NCBI GenBank assembly: GCA_048539495.1
Contig: JBLYPS010000001.1
Span: 82,038 to 146,037 of the forward strand
Length of the DNA: 64,000 bases
Reading direction: 5' to 3'
Source of the DNA: Dehalococcoidia bacterium
Lineage (GTDB): Bacteria; Chloroflexota; Dehalococcoidia; SZUA-161; SpSt-899
In this document: positions 21,435-30,336 of the stretch, one piece after another
Position numbering within the stretch: position 1 is the stretch's first letter
Layout of the letters: each line of letters starts with the position of its first letter
Position numbers and translations under genes: made by a program
Notes under the pieces: generated by a model
Databases searched by the model: none
Told to the model about the DNA's origin: nothing
Seen by the model: only the letters and a program-made list of their open reading frames with translations

Positions 21435-21917
21435 CTACTCCAGGTCCACCTCCTCCGCAATCCCGATTCTCTCCACGCTCAGAGGGACATAGTTCACCTT
21501 CCCCTGTTCGATGAGTAGCCGCAGTCGTTTTTCATCCTCGGTGAGGCGGAAACGGCCGGTCTTCACCTCGATGAAGTCGATCCCCTCATCGTATTTGATG
21601 CCCACGAAATCTATCGGGTCGCCGAGGTAGAACAGTCGGTCGTACTGGGTCAGTTCGAAGGTGGCCATGAGTTCGTTCAGTTTTCCGGTCCGTTTGCCGA
21701 GGCTCCTCGTTATGGAAACCAGAAGCTGATTGGGCAGATTCTGCAGATCGCTTTGCATCTCCCTAATCGAGGCTTCCGAGGCCAGGGCAAAGCGAAGCTT
21801 CTGCTCCAGCTCCTCAATCTGGGGTAGCTCGATCTTTCTCGGTCGCAGGAGCAGGACGAGGACGACTACCAGCAGAATCACCACCAGGCAAGTCAGGGCG
21901 ATGATTAGTATTTCCAT
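21435..21917 (-). CDS. membrane-anchored protein with archaeal Holliday-junction-resolvase-like endonuclease domain
   Basis: N-terminal TM helix (MEILIIALTCLVVILLVVVLVLLL). The C-terminal region FYLGDPIDFVGIKYDEGIDFIEVKTGRFRLTEDEKR resembles Hjc-like nucleases. This is a weak call. Confidence 0.4.
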   Translation of the reverse strand: MEILIIALTCLVVILLVVVLVLLLRPRKIELPQIEELEQKLRFALASEASIREMQSDLQNLPNQLLVSITRSLGKRTGKLNELMATFELTQYDRLFYLGDPIDFVGIKYDEGIDFIEVKTGRFRLTEDEKRLRLLIEQGKVNYVPLSVERIGIAEEVDLE

Positions 21918-22098
21918 AATAGCTTTCCTCCTGAATGAGCATTCATCTCTCAGCGCTCCCCCATCACTTTGTGGCAAGGCTGAAGCCTTGTGTTACGGTT
22001 ACTGATTAGACGCCACTTACATGATACAGTCTGCAGACTATCTTTACAAACTCACTCATCTGGGATATACTAGAAGTTGTCGGGAGGGAAGCTACGGC

Positions 22099-22272
22099 AT
22101 GCTGAGAACGATTGCTGAGATCAATGAGAAAATTCGTAGAGGTCAGACCGTGGTGGTGACTAAGGAATGGATCGGGCGAGGCGAGTTTCTCTTGACCGAA
22201 CCGGTGGCTGCGCTGCCGGGTGTGGAGGCAGGAATAGAATTCAAGCCCCTTAGAGAAAGGCCGATAGAATGA
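22099..22272 (+). CDS. hypothetical small protein; N-terminus resembles the start of COG1900/DUF39 proteins
   Basis: MLRTIAEINEKIRRGQTVVVTKE... is far shorter than DUF39 enzymes and may be a remnant. RBS gggaggg lies upstream. Confidence 0.3.
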   Translation: MLRTIAEINEKIRRGQTVVVTKEWIGRGEFLLTEPVAALPGVEAGIEFKPLRERPIE

Positions 22273-22288
22273 AAAAGGAGGAAGAATC

Positions 22289-22507
22289 ATGCGAGAGAAA
22301 GTTGAGGCTGCCCTCGACCTCATAAGACCGTCGCTTCAGGCTGATGGCGGAAATGTGGAGTTGGTAGGTGTTGATGGTGGTGTGGTCAGTGTGAAGCTTG
22401 TCGGAGCCTGCGGGTGCTGTCCCATGTCAACGATGACCCTCAAGATGGGCATCGAGCGAGTGCTCAAAGAGCAGGTGCCCGGGGTCGAAAAAGTAATCGC
22501 TGTATAG
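22289..22507 (+). CDS. NifU-like (Nfu) Fe-S cluster assembly domain protein
   Basis: 72 aa with the NifU C-terminal-domain motif GACGCCPMS. Confidence 0.85.
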   Translation: MREKVEAALDLIRPSLQADGGNVELVGVDGGVVSVKLVGACGCCPMSTMTLKMGIERVLKEQVPGVEKVIAV

Positions 22508-22605
22508 CATAAACGGTTCACGGTTCGGGGTTGGGGCTACGTAACCACTGAAGACGGGCAAGATGCCCGTCCTGTTTGAACCTACGAAGTGGGAGGGAGG
22601 CTGGA

Positions 22606-22845
22606 ATGCGGGGATGGTATGTTATTTGTGGTTCATGCGGCAGAAAGGTAGAACATTCCCATAGCGAGCCCCCTTGTGAGGTGCTCAAAGGGTGGCTTAC
22701 GGTCTCCTACTGGAAGGGTCTCGAATCTGTTGAGCACTATAGCTTCTGTTCCCTTAATTGTCTTCAGGAGTGGGTGGATAGTCACGTCCCTAAGATTCCC
22801 GAGGTATTCCTGAGATCCTTCGGGGAGGAAGAGGATAGAGCATGA
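22606..22845 (+). CDS. hypothetical small Cys-rich (zinc-ribbon-like) protein
   Basis: MRGWYVICGSCGRK...CSLNC, two CxxC-like pairs. No family recognised. Confidence 0.35.
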   Translation: MRGWYVICGSCGRKVEHSHSEPPCEVLKGWLTVSYWKGLESVEHYSFCSLNCLQEWVDSHVPKIPEVFLRSFGEEEDRA

Positions 22846-23156
22846 GAGAGGATATCGCGATTTCAAGAAGAGTGGTTCTCCGTTTCCCACGTTCCCTGCT
22901 TACCGAAACTTGAGAAGAAAAGCGCTGAAGACAGTCTTGAAATGTCATGCATCTATCGAGGGATACATCAGGCGGTATCCCTCATTTTTTACTGCCCTGG
23001 AACCGAGACCTATCCGGGGAGATGCCCCCCGGATCACAAGGGAGATGTCGCGGGCTGCCGGGCGGTTAATGACAGGCAAGATGCCCGTCCTACCTCGCCT
23101 GAGGTGATTGTTGAGAATGGAGGGCGCGGTCAAGATCGCTCCGGTACAGGAGGAAT

Positions 23157-23462
23157 ATGTTTGCGGTGATTCTCTGCACTAGCCCGCGCGAGGAGGCCGG
23201 AAGGATAGCAATGGCCTTAGTGGAGGAAAAGCTGGTTGCCTGCGTGAATATCGGCGAGGTCAATTCTTACTTCAGGTGGGAAGGTGAGATGCAGGAGGAA
23301 GGGGAAGCTCTCCTGATAATAAAGACGAGGGCCGTGAAGGTGAGGGAGATCATAGGCCGGATTCGAGAATTGCACAGCTATGAGGTGCCGGAGATCATCG
23401 CTCTCCCGATTATCGATGGCCATGAAGGGTACCTGGATTGGGTGAGGGAATCGGTTGAATGA
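23157..23462 (+). CDS. cutA: divalent-cation tolerance protein CutA
   Basis: 101 aa. AVILCTSP...VACVNI...SYFRWEG...IIKT is CutA1 family. Confidence 0.85.
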   Translation: MFAVILCTSPREEAGRIAMALVEEKLVACVNIGEVNSYFRWEGEMQEEGEALLIIKTRAVKVREIIGRIRELHSYEVPEIIALPIIDGHEGYLDWVRESVE

Positions 23463-23532
23463 TGGAGTTTTCGGGGTTGTAACTGTTGACTAACATATTG
23501 ACTTTTATGCCTTCCTATGATATAATAAGACT

Positions 23533-24003
23533 ATGAAGCTAGCAGATTGGGCTCGTTCTCAAGGAATCACCTACAAGACAGCATGGCGTTGGTTTAAAGC
23601 TGGAATACTTCCTATACCAGCGGAGCAATTGCCAACCGGTACAATTCTAGTTTTCCCACCAACGCAGAATATAAATGACGGTGTTGCCCTTTATGCTCGG
23701 GTATCAAGTAATGACCAAAGGGATGATCTCACCAGGCAACTGGGGCGATTGGTGGAATATGCTAATAATGACAAGATGAAGGTAGTTAAATCAGTGGTAG
23801 AGGTAGGCTCTGGGTTAAACGGGCGGCGACCAAAATTAATACGATTGCTGCGTGATCCCGATATTTCTACTATCATAGTTGAACACCGTGACCGATTAGC
23901 TCGTTTTGGTTCTGAATATATTGAGGCCTCTCTAGTGGCTTCAGGAAGACGAGTGATTATCGTTGACCCAAGTGAGATGAAAGATGATCTAGCCCATGAT
24001 TGA
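23533..24003 (+). CDS. tnpA: IS607-type serine recombinase transposase TnpA
   Basis: MKLADWARSQGITYKTAWRWFKAG (HTH), then YARVSSNDQRDDLTRQ with the catalytic Ser. 156 aa. Confidence 0.85.
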   Translation: MKLADWARSQGITYKTAWRWFKAGILPIPAEQLPTGTILVFPPTQNINDGVALYARVSSNDQRDDLTRQLGRLVEYANNDKMKVVKSVVEVGSGLNGRRPKLIRLLRDPDISTIIVEHRDRLARFGSEYIEASLVASGRRVIIVDPSEMKDDLAHD

Positions 24004-24086
24004 TGTTTTAGTATCCTTTTGTGCTCGATTATATGGGAGGCGAGCAGCCAAGAACCGAGCTGAACGCGCTATAAAGGCAATGGATA

Positions 24087-25340
24087 ATGTTGATTAACCA
24101 AGCATATCGCTACGAACTAAAACCTAATAATGTCCAGGAAACGCTCCTAGCGAAACACGCCGGAACTGCTAGGTTCGCATGGAACTGGGCTTTGGCACAG
24201 AATAATAATACGAATGCCATTGCACAGCATCGGGAATGGAATGTCTGGAAACGGGAGAATGTGCCTTGGTGGACAGAGATATCCAAATGTGTGCCACAGG
24301 AGGCTTTCCGTGACCTCGATAGAGCGTTTAGTAATTTCTTTAGTATCTGGAGAGAAGCTAAGACCAACCCCAGTCTTAGGGCAAGAATAGCCAGGTCAAA
24401 GCCACGCAAGGATGGGAAGCCCTATGGCTATCCCAAGTTCAAGAAGAAAGGTGTGCATGACAGCTTTCATTTAAGGGGTGCTGTCCACGTCAAAGAGAGC
24501 CATGTACAGTTACCGAGATTAGGCACTATTCGTGTAAAAGAGAACACCAATGTTCAAGGCCGTATTTTATCGGTCACAGTAAGTCGTGAAGCGGATCGAT
24601 GGTTTGTATCATTGAGTGTGGAGAGAGAAAAGCCCGATCCAATTCCTATATCCGGCCCCATTATTGGAATTGACTTAGGTCTCGATTGCTTTGCCACGCT
24701 ATCTAATGGTGAGCATATTTATGCACCCAAGCCACTGAATAAAAGTCTCAAGCGGCTTAAGAGGGCATCTAAAAAACACTCACGCAAGCAGAAAGGCTCT
24801 AATAACCGGCGTAAGTCGGCTATGAGGTTGGCCCGTCTGCACCGGACTATTCGCAATCAGCGTCGGGATTTTCTGCACCAGGTGACGACGAAACTGGCGA
24901 AAACCAAGTCAGTGATTGTTGTCGAAGACCTGAACGTTAAGGGGATGGTGCGGAATGGTCGATTATCCCGACATATCTCAGACGTGGGGTGGGGTGAGTT
25001 TCAGCGGATGTTGGACTACAAGACGAAGTGGTGTGGTTCACATTTGGTTACCGCTGACCGCTGGTTCCCCTCATCCAGGATGTGTTCTACGTGCGGTTAT
25101 GTCATAGACGAGTTGCCACTTTCGGTTCGGAGATGGATGTGTCCCGTATGTAAAGTGGTGCATAACAGGGATGATAATGCTTCGTTGAACTTAGAGCATT
25201 ATTATACTACCGGGAGTTCCCCGGGAAGTCACGCCTGTGGAGATTCCTCTGGCGGCGGAACGGACGCAGTCTGGTCTACGAGCTACGGGTCTCGGAAGCA
25301 GGAATCAAACACCGATTATCCTGCTGGGATAAAAGGGTAA
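24087..25340 (+). CDS. tnpB: TnpB (OrfB) RNA-guided endonuclease-family protein
   Basis: 417 aa. N-terminal OrfB_IS605 region, RuvC-like residues and the C-terminal CxxC...CxxC (CSTCGY...CPVCKVV). Confidence 0.85.
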   Translation: MLINQAYRYELKPNNVQETLLAKHAGTARFAWNWALAQNNNTNAIAQHREWNVWKRENVPWWTEISKCVPQEAFRDLDRAFSNFFSIWREAKTNPSLRARIARSKPRKDGKPYGYPKFKKKGVHDSFHLRGAVHVKESHVQLPRLGTIRVKENTNVQGRILSVTVSREADRWFVSLSVEREKPDPIPISGPIIGIDLGLDCFATLSNGEHIYAPKPLNKSLKRLKRASKKHSRKQKGSNNRRKSAMRLARLHRTIRNQRRDFLHQVTTKLAKTKSVIVVEDLNVKGMVRNGRLSRHISDVGWGEFQRMLDYKTKWCGSHLVTADRWFPSSRMCSTCGYVIDELPLSVRRWMCPVCKVVHNRDDNASLNLEHYYTTGSSPGSHACGDSSGGGTDAVWSTSYGSRKQESNTDYPAGIKG

Positions 25341-25345
25341 GTTTT

Positions 25346-27091
25346 GTGGAACGGTACAATCTAAGAATAGGTATCATCGGCGGTGGGCAACTGGGTAAGA
25401 TGATGACCCAGGAAGCGAAGAAGATGGGGTTTTATGTTACCATACTGGACCCCACGCCGAACTCCCCGGCCAGTCAACTGGCTGATGAGCAGCTCGTCGG
25501 CGATTTTCATGACCGGAATAAGATAAGAGAGCTTGTCACCAGGAGCGACGTAACCACCTACGACATCGAAAACATTGACGTAGGTGCCTTAAAAGAGCTC
25601 GTCGAGGCGGGACATGTTATCCACCCTTCTCCACAGATACTGGAGATCATCCAGGACAAGTGGAAACAAAAAAAGGTACTGGAGCGCAGCGGTATCCCTA
25701 TCCCGAGGTACAAGAAGGTCGAGGGGGATGCCCTCGCTGCTGCTGTTGAGGGATTCGGGTTTCCGGTGGTGCAGAAGGCCTGCCGGGGAGGCTATGACGG
25801 GAGGGGGGTATTCGTGATTCGTACCAGAGACGATATAGGAAAGGCACTCAAAGTGGAGTCCTTCCTTGAAGAATTTGTCGAAATCGAGAAGGAGCTCGCG
25901 GTAATGGTGGCAAGGAGTACTACCGGTGAGATCAAATGCTATCCGTTAGTGGAGATGGTCTTCGATGAGGCGGCCAACATCTGCGATATGGTTGTCGCTC
26001 CCGCCCTGGTGGAGCAAAAAATTCAAGACGAGGCCAGGCGAATAGCGGTTGCCGTGGTAGAGCCACTTGGTGGAGCAGGTATCTTTGGGATAGAGATGTT
26101 CTTAAGCAAAGCGGGGAATGTCCTGGTGAACGAGATCGCCCCCCGGCCTCATAATTCGGGGCACTATACCATAGAGGCTTGCGTCACTTCTCAATTCGAA
26201 CAGCACATTCGGGCGATCATGGAACTCCCGTTGGGCTCGACGGAACTGCTCACCCCAGCGGTAATGATCAACATTCTGGGTGAGGAAGGGCATGAGGGGC
26301 CGGCAATATTCCAGGGGATTCGAGAGGCTTTGCTCATCCCTGGAGCGAGTCTGCATCTGTATGGGAAAAGGGTTACCAGACCATTCCGCAAGATGGGACA
26401 TGTAACAGTAGTGGATAAGGACGCCGAGAACGCTTTCGAGAAAGCCCAGAGGATAAAGACACTTCTGCGAGTGGTTTCCTCTGACGAGTCGAGAGTCAAG
26501 AGTCAAGAGTCGAGAGTCGGGGAGGGGCGGGGGACTCCAGACTCCAGACTCCAGACTCCAGACTCCAGACTCCAGACTCGTAAGATGGTGGCAAGGGTAG
26601 GAATCATCATGGGGAGCGAGTCCGACCTCCCGGTGATGGAAGAGGCGGGGAAACTGCTGGAGGAGTTCGGGATTGGCCACGAACTTACCATTGTCTCCGC
26701 CCACCGGACGCCGGAGAGGATGTTTCAATATGCTCGCCAAGCGGAGGGGAAGGGGATTGAAGTGATAATCGCCGGGGCCGGCGGAGCCGCTCATCTCCCC
26801 GGCATGGTGGCCTCAATAACCCCCCTTCCGGTAATCGGTGTGCCGATCGAGACAACCCCCTTGAAAGGGCTGGACTCCCTTTATTCCATCGTCCAAATGC
26901 CGGCAGGAGTCCCGGTGGCGACCGTGGGGATAAATAACGGCCACAATGCCGCAATCCTGGCGATGCAGATTCTGGGGGTGAAGTATCCGCAGATCAGGGG
27001 GAAGGTGAAGGAGTATAAGCAGAGATTGCAGGAGAAAGTCGAGGAGATGGCGCGCAGGGTTGAGCAAAGAAGGAGGCAAGAGGAAGCATGA
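25346..27091 (+). CDS. purK-purE: PurK-PurE fusion: N5-carboxyaminoimidazole ribonucleotide synthase fused to N5-CAIR mutase
   Basis: N-terminal ATP-grasp (IGIIGGGQLGKMM...) followed by PurE (VGIIMGSESDLPVMEEA...GAGGAAHLPGMVAS). The two are joined by a linker encoded by heptamer element 26486..26580. Probable GTG start. Confidence 0.85.
   Translation: MERYNLRIGIIGGGQLGKMMTQEAKKMGFYVTILDPTPNSPASQLADEQLVGDFHDRNKIRELVTRSDVTTYDIENIDVGALKELVEAGHVIHPSPQILEIIQDKWKQKKVLERSGIPIPRYKKVEGDALAAAVEGFGFPVVQKACRGGYDGRGVFVIRTRDDIGKALKVESFLEEFVEIEKELAVMVARSTTGEIKCYPLVEMVFDEAANICDMVVAPALVEQKIQDEARRIAVAVVEPLGGAGIFGIEMFLSKAGNVLVNEIAPRPHNSGHYTIEACVTSQFEQHIRAIMELPLGSTELLTPAVMINILGEEGHEGPAIFQGIREALLIPGASLHLYGKRVTRPFRKMGHVTVVDKDAENAFEKAQRIKTLLRVVSSDESRVKSQESRVGEGRGTPDSRLQTPDSRLQTRKMVARVGIIMGSESDLPVMEEAGKLLEEFGIGHELTIVSAHRTPERMFQYARQAEGKGIEVIIAGAGGAAHLPGMVASITPLPVIGVPIETTPLKGLDSLYSIVQMPAGVPVATVGINNGHNAAILAMQILGVKYPQIRGKVKEYKQRLQEKVEEMARRVEQRRRQEEA
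26486..26580. repeat. heptamer-armed palindromic element: (GAGTCRA)x5, core ggaggggcggggg, then (ACTCCAG)x6
   Basis: Read directly. The arms are reverse-complement related through GAGTC/GACTC. Translated in frame as [37 protein letters not shown]. Confidence 0.85.
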
Positions 27092-27642
27092 ACGAGGATC
27101 CGAGATCGGGGGGTAGCTTCGCGGTGAACAGGGCGATAGAGGAATTTCTGGGCAATTCCTCTGCCCCGGCTGGGATGAGGGGCGATCTGGTGCGTTTTAG
27201 CATGAAGTGCGGCGGTCGTCCTTTCTTTACCCTGACCACCGAGGAGCTGAGGGATTTTGTGATGGGAGTCAAGAAGGCCGCCGATCGCAAGAAGCGTGTC
27301 GAGGCGCTGGATGGATTTTTCAATTATGCCAAAGAGAGGGGATGGGTCATCGTGAATCCTATCACCGACCTTATCAAGAAGAAAGAACCGCGGATAAAAC
27401 CGGTATCTCCTTCCGAGAAACCTGTCTGGCTTTCCGCTGAAGGTTTTCAAAGACTTGAAGCTGAAATAGACGGACTCCTCAAAGAGAGGGCGAAAGCCAT
27501 TGCGGAGGTGAAAAGGACCAGGGAGGACGGGGACCTCCGGGAGAACGCCCCCTACCATGCTGCCCGGGAAAGGCTCGCCTGGGTAGAATCTCGGGCGACG
27601 GAAATCAGAGCCATTCTTGCCCGTGCCCGTCCCAGTGATTAG
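27088..27642 (+). CDS. hypothetical protein: integrase-SAM-like N-terminal region plus GreA/GreB N-terminal coiled-coil-like C-terminus
   Basis: REDGDLRENAPYHAARERLAWVESRATEI matches the GreA_GreB_N motif (DLSENAEY..AKE). No FKBP-like C-terminal domain is present. Confidence 0.4.
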   Translation: MNEDPRSGGSFAVNRAIEEFLGNSSAPAGMRGDLVRFSMKCGGRPFFTLTTEELRDFVMGVKKAADRKKRVEALDGFFNYAKERGWVIVNPITDLIKKKEPRIKPVSPSEKPVWLSAEGFQRLEAEIDGLLKERAKAIAEVKRTREDGDLRENAPYHAARERLAWVESRATEIRAILARARPSD

Positions 27643-27730
27643 TGATTAGGGGCTGGTGGGGGTAAATTGTAAATTGTAAATTGTAAACTGCAAATTTTAA
27701 ATTTACAATTTGATATTTACAATGTGATCG
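27637..27730. repeat. AT-rich heptamer-armed element: (agtgatt)x2, core ggggctggtggggg, (TAAATTG)x4, then inverse (CAATTTA-like)x4
   Basis: Read directly between 27088..27642 and tsaC. Confidence 0.7.
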
Positions 27731-27755
27731 GTGAAAGAGGTAGAGGGTGAAAGGC

Positions 27756-28865
27756 ATGGCCAGAATCTTAGACGGGTATCAAACGGAGGCGATAAAGGAA
27801 GCGGCATCCCTCATTCAAAAAGGGGGGGTCGTGGCTTTCCCGACGGAGACGGTCCACGGGCTCGGGGCGGATGCCTTCAACCCCAAAGCCGTAGCCCTCA
27901 TTTTCGAAGTTAAGAAGAGACCCCGTTTTGATCCTCTCATCGTCCATATCGCTGAACTTTCCGATGTGAAGAAGGTTTGTCTTCACGCCGATGATCGAGC
28001 AGGGAAAGTGATGGAGTGGTTCTGGCCGGGGCCTTTGACCGTGGTGCTTCCGAAGACGCCGGAGGTGCCGGATATTGTGACGGCGGGACTTCCCACTGTC
28101 GCCGTGCGCTTACCCTCCCATCCGGTTGCCTTAAGCCTCATCCGCGAGGCACGGACGCCCATCGCCGCTCCCAGTGCCAATCTCTTTGGCTATCTCAGCC
28201 CAACGACAGCGGAGCATGTAAATGAGCAGCTCGGCAGCGCAATCGAGATCATCCTCGACGACCAACAGTCGGCAGTCGGCAGTCGGCAGTCCGGGGCGGG
28301 GTGGGGGACTAGCGACTATCGACTATCGACTTGGAATCGAGTGGGGGTGGAGTCCACCATTATTGACCTCTCTGAAGAGGAACCCGTCCTCCTGCGCCCC
28401 GGTGGAACGCCTCTGGAGGAAATCGAGAGGGTCATCGGGAGGGTAAAGATCCCGCCTCATGATCCCCAGCAACCCCGTTCTCCGGGGCAGCTTCCCCATC
28501 ACTATTCCCCCCGCACCCCCCTCAAGATTCTGCTTGATGAAGAATTGAGTATTGAGTATCGAGTTTTGAGTTTTGAGGAGGGGGGAGGGACTCCAGACTC
28601 CAGACTCCAGACTCCAGACTCCAGACTCGAGAGGGTTGGCCTTCTGGCATTCCAACGTCCCCGGGAGGGAGATTTTGCGGCAATTGAAGTTCTTTCCCCC
28701 TCCGGAGACCTCCGTGAGGCGGCGGCGAACCTGTTTGCGGCGCTCCACCGGCTTGATTCTGCCGGACTTGATCTTATCCTCGCCGAACCGGTTCCCGAGG
28801 GGGGGCTCGGCCGGGCGATCATGGATCGACTGCGCCGGGCAAGTGGAGTCCTGAGTCGAAGGTAA
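27756..28865 (+). CDS. tsaC: L-threonylcarbamoyladenylate synthase (TsaC/Sua5 family, with Sua5 C-terminal domain)
   Basis: VAFPTETVHGLGADAF..., PLIVH, GPLTVVL and APSANLFG motifs. It carries two in-frame heptamer elements, at 28267..28333 and 28546..28630. Confidence 0.85.
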   Translation: MARILDGYQTEAIKEAASLIQKGGVVAFPTETVHGLGADAFNPKAVALIFEVKKRPRFDPLIVHIAELSDVKKVCLHADDRAGKVMEWFWPGPLTVVLPKTPEVPDIVTAGLPTVAVRLPSHPVALSLIREARTPIAAPSANLFGYLSPTTAEHVNEQLGSAIEIILDDQQSAVGSRQSGAGWGTSDYRLSTWNRVGVESTIIDLSEEEPVLLRPGGTPLEEIERVIGRVKIPPHDPQQPRSPGQLPHHYSPRTPLKILLDEELSIEYRVLSFEEGGGTPDSRLQTPDSRLERVGLLAFQRPREGDFAAIEVLSPSGDLREAAANLFAALHRLDSAGLDLILAEPVPEGGLGRAIMDRLRRASGVLSRR

Positions 28866-28871
28866 TCCGAT

Positions 28872-29273
28872 ATGAACCAGCTAACATTTTTTGAAAAAGA
28901 GGAAAAACAACTAATCAATTTAAAAGAAGCGAGCAATTGGGCTTCGCAATACTTGAACCGTAACGTTACAATTTCGAACATCTCATATTTGCTCCAATAT
29001 GGAAGAATAAAGAAATACGGGAGTAGTGGCAATCCCTTGATAAATATTGAGGAACTTAAAGATTATTACGCCTCTTATGACAAGGAAGAACAATGGAAAG
29101 GGAAATTGGGGACAGACCTTAATTGGCGTTTGTCTTTTGTGGAATACAAAGAATCAGAAAGAACCAAACACGTTCACAGACTACATCCTTACAAAGGAAA
29201 ATTTATACCTCAATTAGTAGAATATTTTCTTGGCGCTCATACTGACGAATTTAAGCAAGGGGAGATATTATGA
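28872..29273 (+). CDS. hypothetical protein of the AT-rich island; its C-terminus carries a short motif like the HPxxKPxxLxxxI helix of N4/N6 MTases
   Basis: About 30% GC. ...TKHVHRLHPYKGKFIPQLVEYFL. Overlaps the next ORF by 4 bp. No FxGxG or DPPY motifs, so it is not a complete MTase. Confidence 0.4.
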   Translation: MNQLTFFEKEEKQLINLKEASNWASQYLNRNVTISNISYLLQYGRIKKYGSSGNPLINIEELKDYYASYDKEEQWKGKLGTDLNWRLSFVEYKESERTKHVHRLHPYKGKFIPQLVEYFLGAHTDEFKQGEIL

Positions 29274-29479
29274 AAACATTTGAAGTTGTTTTAACAAAAT
29301 CATATATTGTTAGAATAAAAGCAGAGAGCGAAAAGAAAGCAAAAGAATATTCAGAGTTATTTACGGGCGATATTCAGGATATTTCATCGATTGATTATAG
29401 AAAAAAGTTCAATTTTGAAATAGAAGATATTAATTGTAAGATAAATGAATCTTTTGAGGTTCAAGAAGAATTACTATGA
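29270..29479 (+). CDS. hypothetical small protein (69 aa), translationally coupled
   Basis: ATGA overlaps at both ends. AT-rich island codon usage. Confidence 0.35.
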   Translation: MKTFEVVLTKSYIVRIKAESEKKAKEYSELFTGDIQDISSIDYRKKFNFEIEDINCKINESFEVQEELL

Positions 29480-30336
29480 AAAAGATTAAAACACAAGTAT
29501 TATTGGGTGATTGTAAAGATATTTTGAAAAATTTTGAAAATGATTGCATTGATTTAATATTTACATCCCCTCCTTACGCGGATAGACGTGTTCATTCATA
29601 TGGTGGGATTAAACCTGAAGAGTATGTTGACTGGTTTTTATTTAGAAGTGAACAATTTTTAAGGGTATTAAAACCAGAAGGTACATTTATATTAAATATT
29701 AAGGAAAAAGCAGAAAAAGGTGAGCGACATACCTATGTTTTAGAACTAATTTTAGCATTAAGAAAACAGGGTTGGTTATGGACAGAAGAATTTATTTGGC
29801 ATAAAAAGAATTGTTATCCTGGAAAGTGGCCAAATCGTTTTCGTGATGCTTGGGAAAGATTGCTACAATTCAATAAAACTAAAAAGTTTAAAATGTTCCA
29901 AGAAACAGTTAAGATACCTGTTGGTGACTGGGTTGAAGATAGATTAAAGAACTTAAGTGAAAAGGATAAAATAAGGTTTGAATCAAGGTCAAAAAGCGGC
30001 TTTGGGAAAAATATTTCAAATTGGTTAAAGCGTGACAAAGTTTATCCTACAAATGTATTACATTTGGCAACTGAATGTAGTAATAAAAATCATAGTGCTG
30101 TTTTTCCAGAAGGTTTACCAGAATGGTTTATAAAACTGTTTACAGAAGAGGGAGATACTGTATTAGATCCCTTTATGGGTTCAGGCACAACATTAAGAGT
30201 TGCCAATAGAATAAGAAGAAATTCAATAGGAATTGATATTGTTTCAGAATATTATGAAATGGTGAAATCTGAAATAAAAGAGTGTGAATATTTATTATTT
30301 GAACCAAAGGCGAAATATGAAATTAAATCTAAATGA
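29476..30336 (+). CDS. DNA methyltransferase, beta-class N6-adenine/N4-cytosine (PF01555-like)
   Basis: Motif IV TSPPY near the N-terminus. HSAVFPEGLPEWFIKLFT followed by motif I DPFMGSGTT near the C-terminus. This circular-permuted order defines the beta class. Confidence 0.85.
   Translation: MKKIKTQVLLGDCKDILKNFENDCIDLIFTSPPYADRRVHSYGGIKPEEYVDWFLFRSEQFLRVLKPEGTFILNIKEKAEKGERHTYVLELILALRKQGWLWTEEFIWHKKNCYPGKWPNRFRDAWERLLQFNKTKKFKMFQETVKIPVGDWVEDRLKNLSEKDKIRFESRSKSGFGKNISNWLKRDKVYPTNVLHLATECSNKNHSAVFPEGLPEWFIKLFTEEGDTVLDPFMGSGTTLRVANRIRRNSIGIDIVSEYYEMVKSEIKECEYLLFEPKAKYEIKSK

Larger units (their letters stand above)
23470..25345 (+). mobile_element. IS607-family insertion sequence (serine-recombinase tnpA plus tnpB)
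   Basis: AT-richer segment carrying a MerR-HTH serine recombinase and an OrfB/TnpB with a C-terminal zinc finger. The family has no terminal IRs, so boundaries are approximate. The tnpA promoter is TTGACT, a 17-nt spacer, then TATAAT at 23499..23527. Confidence 0.8.

Noticed and set aside
26521-26533. G-quadruplex formation by the G-rich element cores
   Set aside because: Most cores have only three G-tracts on one strand (GGGG-A-GGGG-C-GGGGG). A canonical four-tract G4 is not evident, so this is left as speculation.
26102-26794. 230-aa minus-strand ORF in purK-purE
   Set aside because: Antisense frame running through the heptamer element (translates the repeat as [15 protein letters not shown]). 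Not supported.
29270-29479. Idea that ORFs 28872..29273 and 29270..29479 are a frameshifted second methyltransferase
   Set aside because: The second ORF has no FxGxG/motif I or motif IV sequence. Only a single short helix motif in the first ORF is MTase-like.
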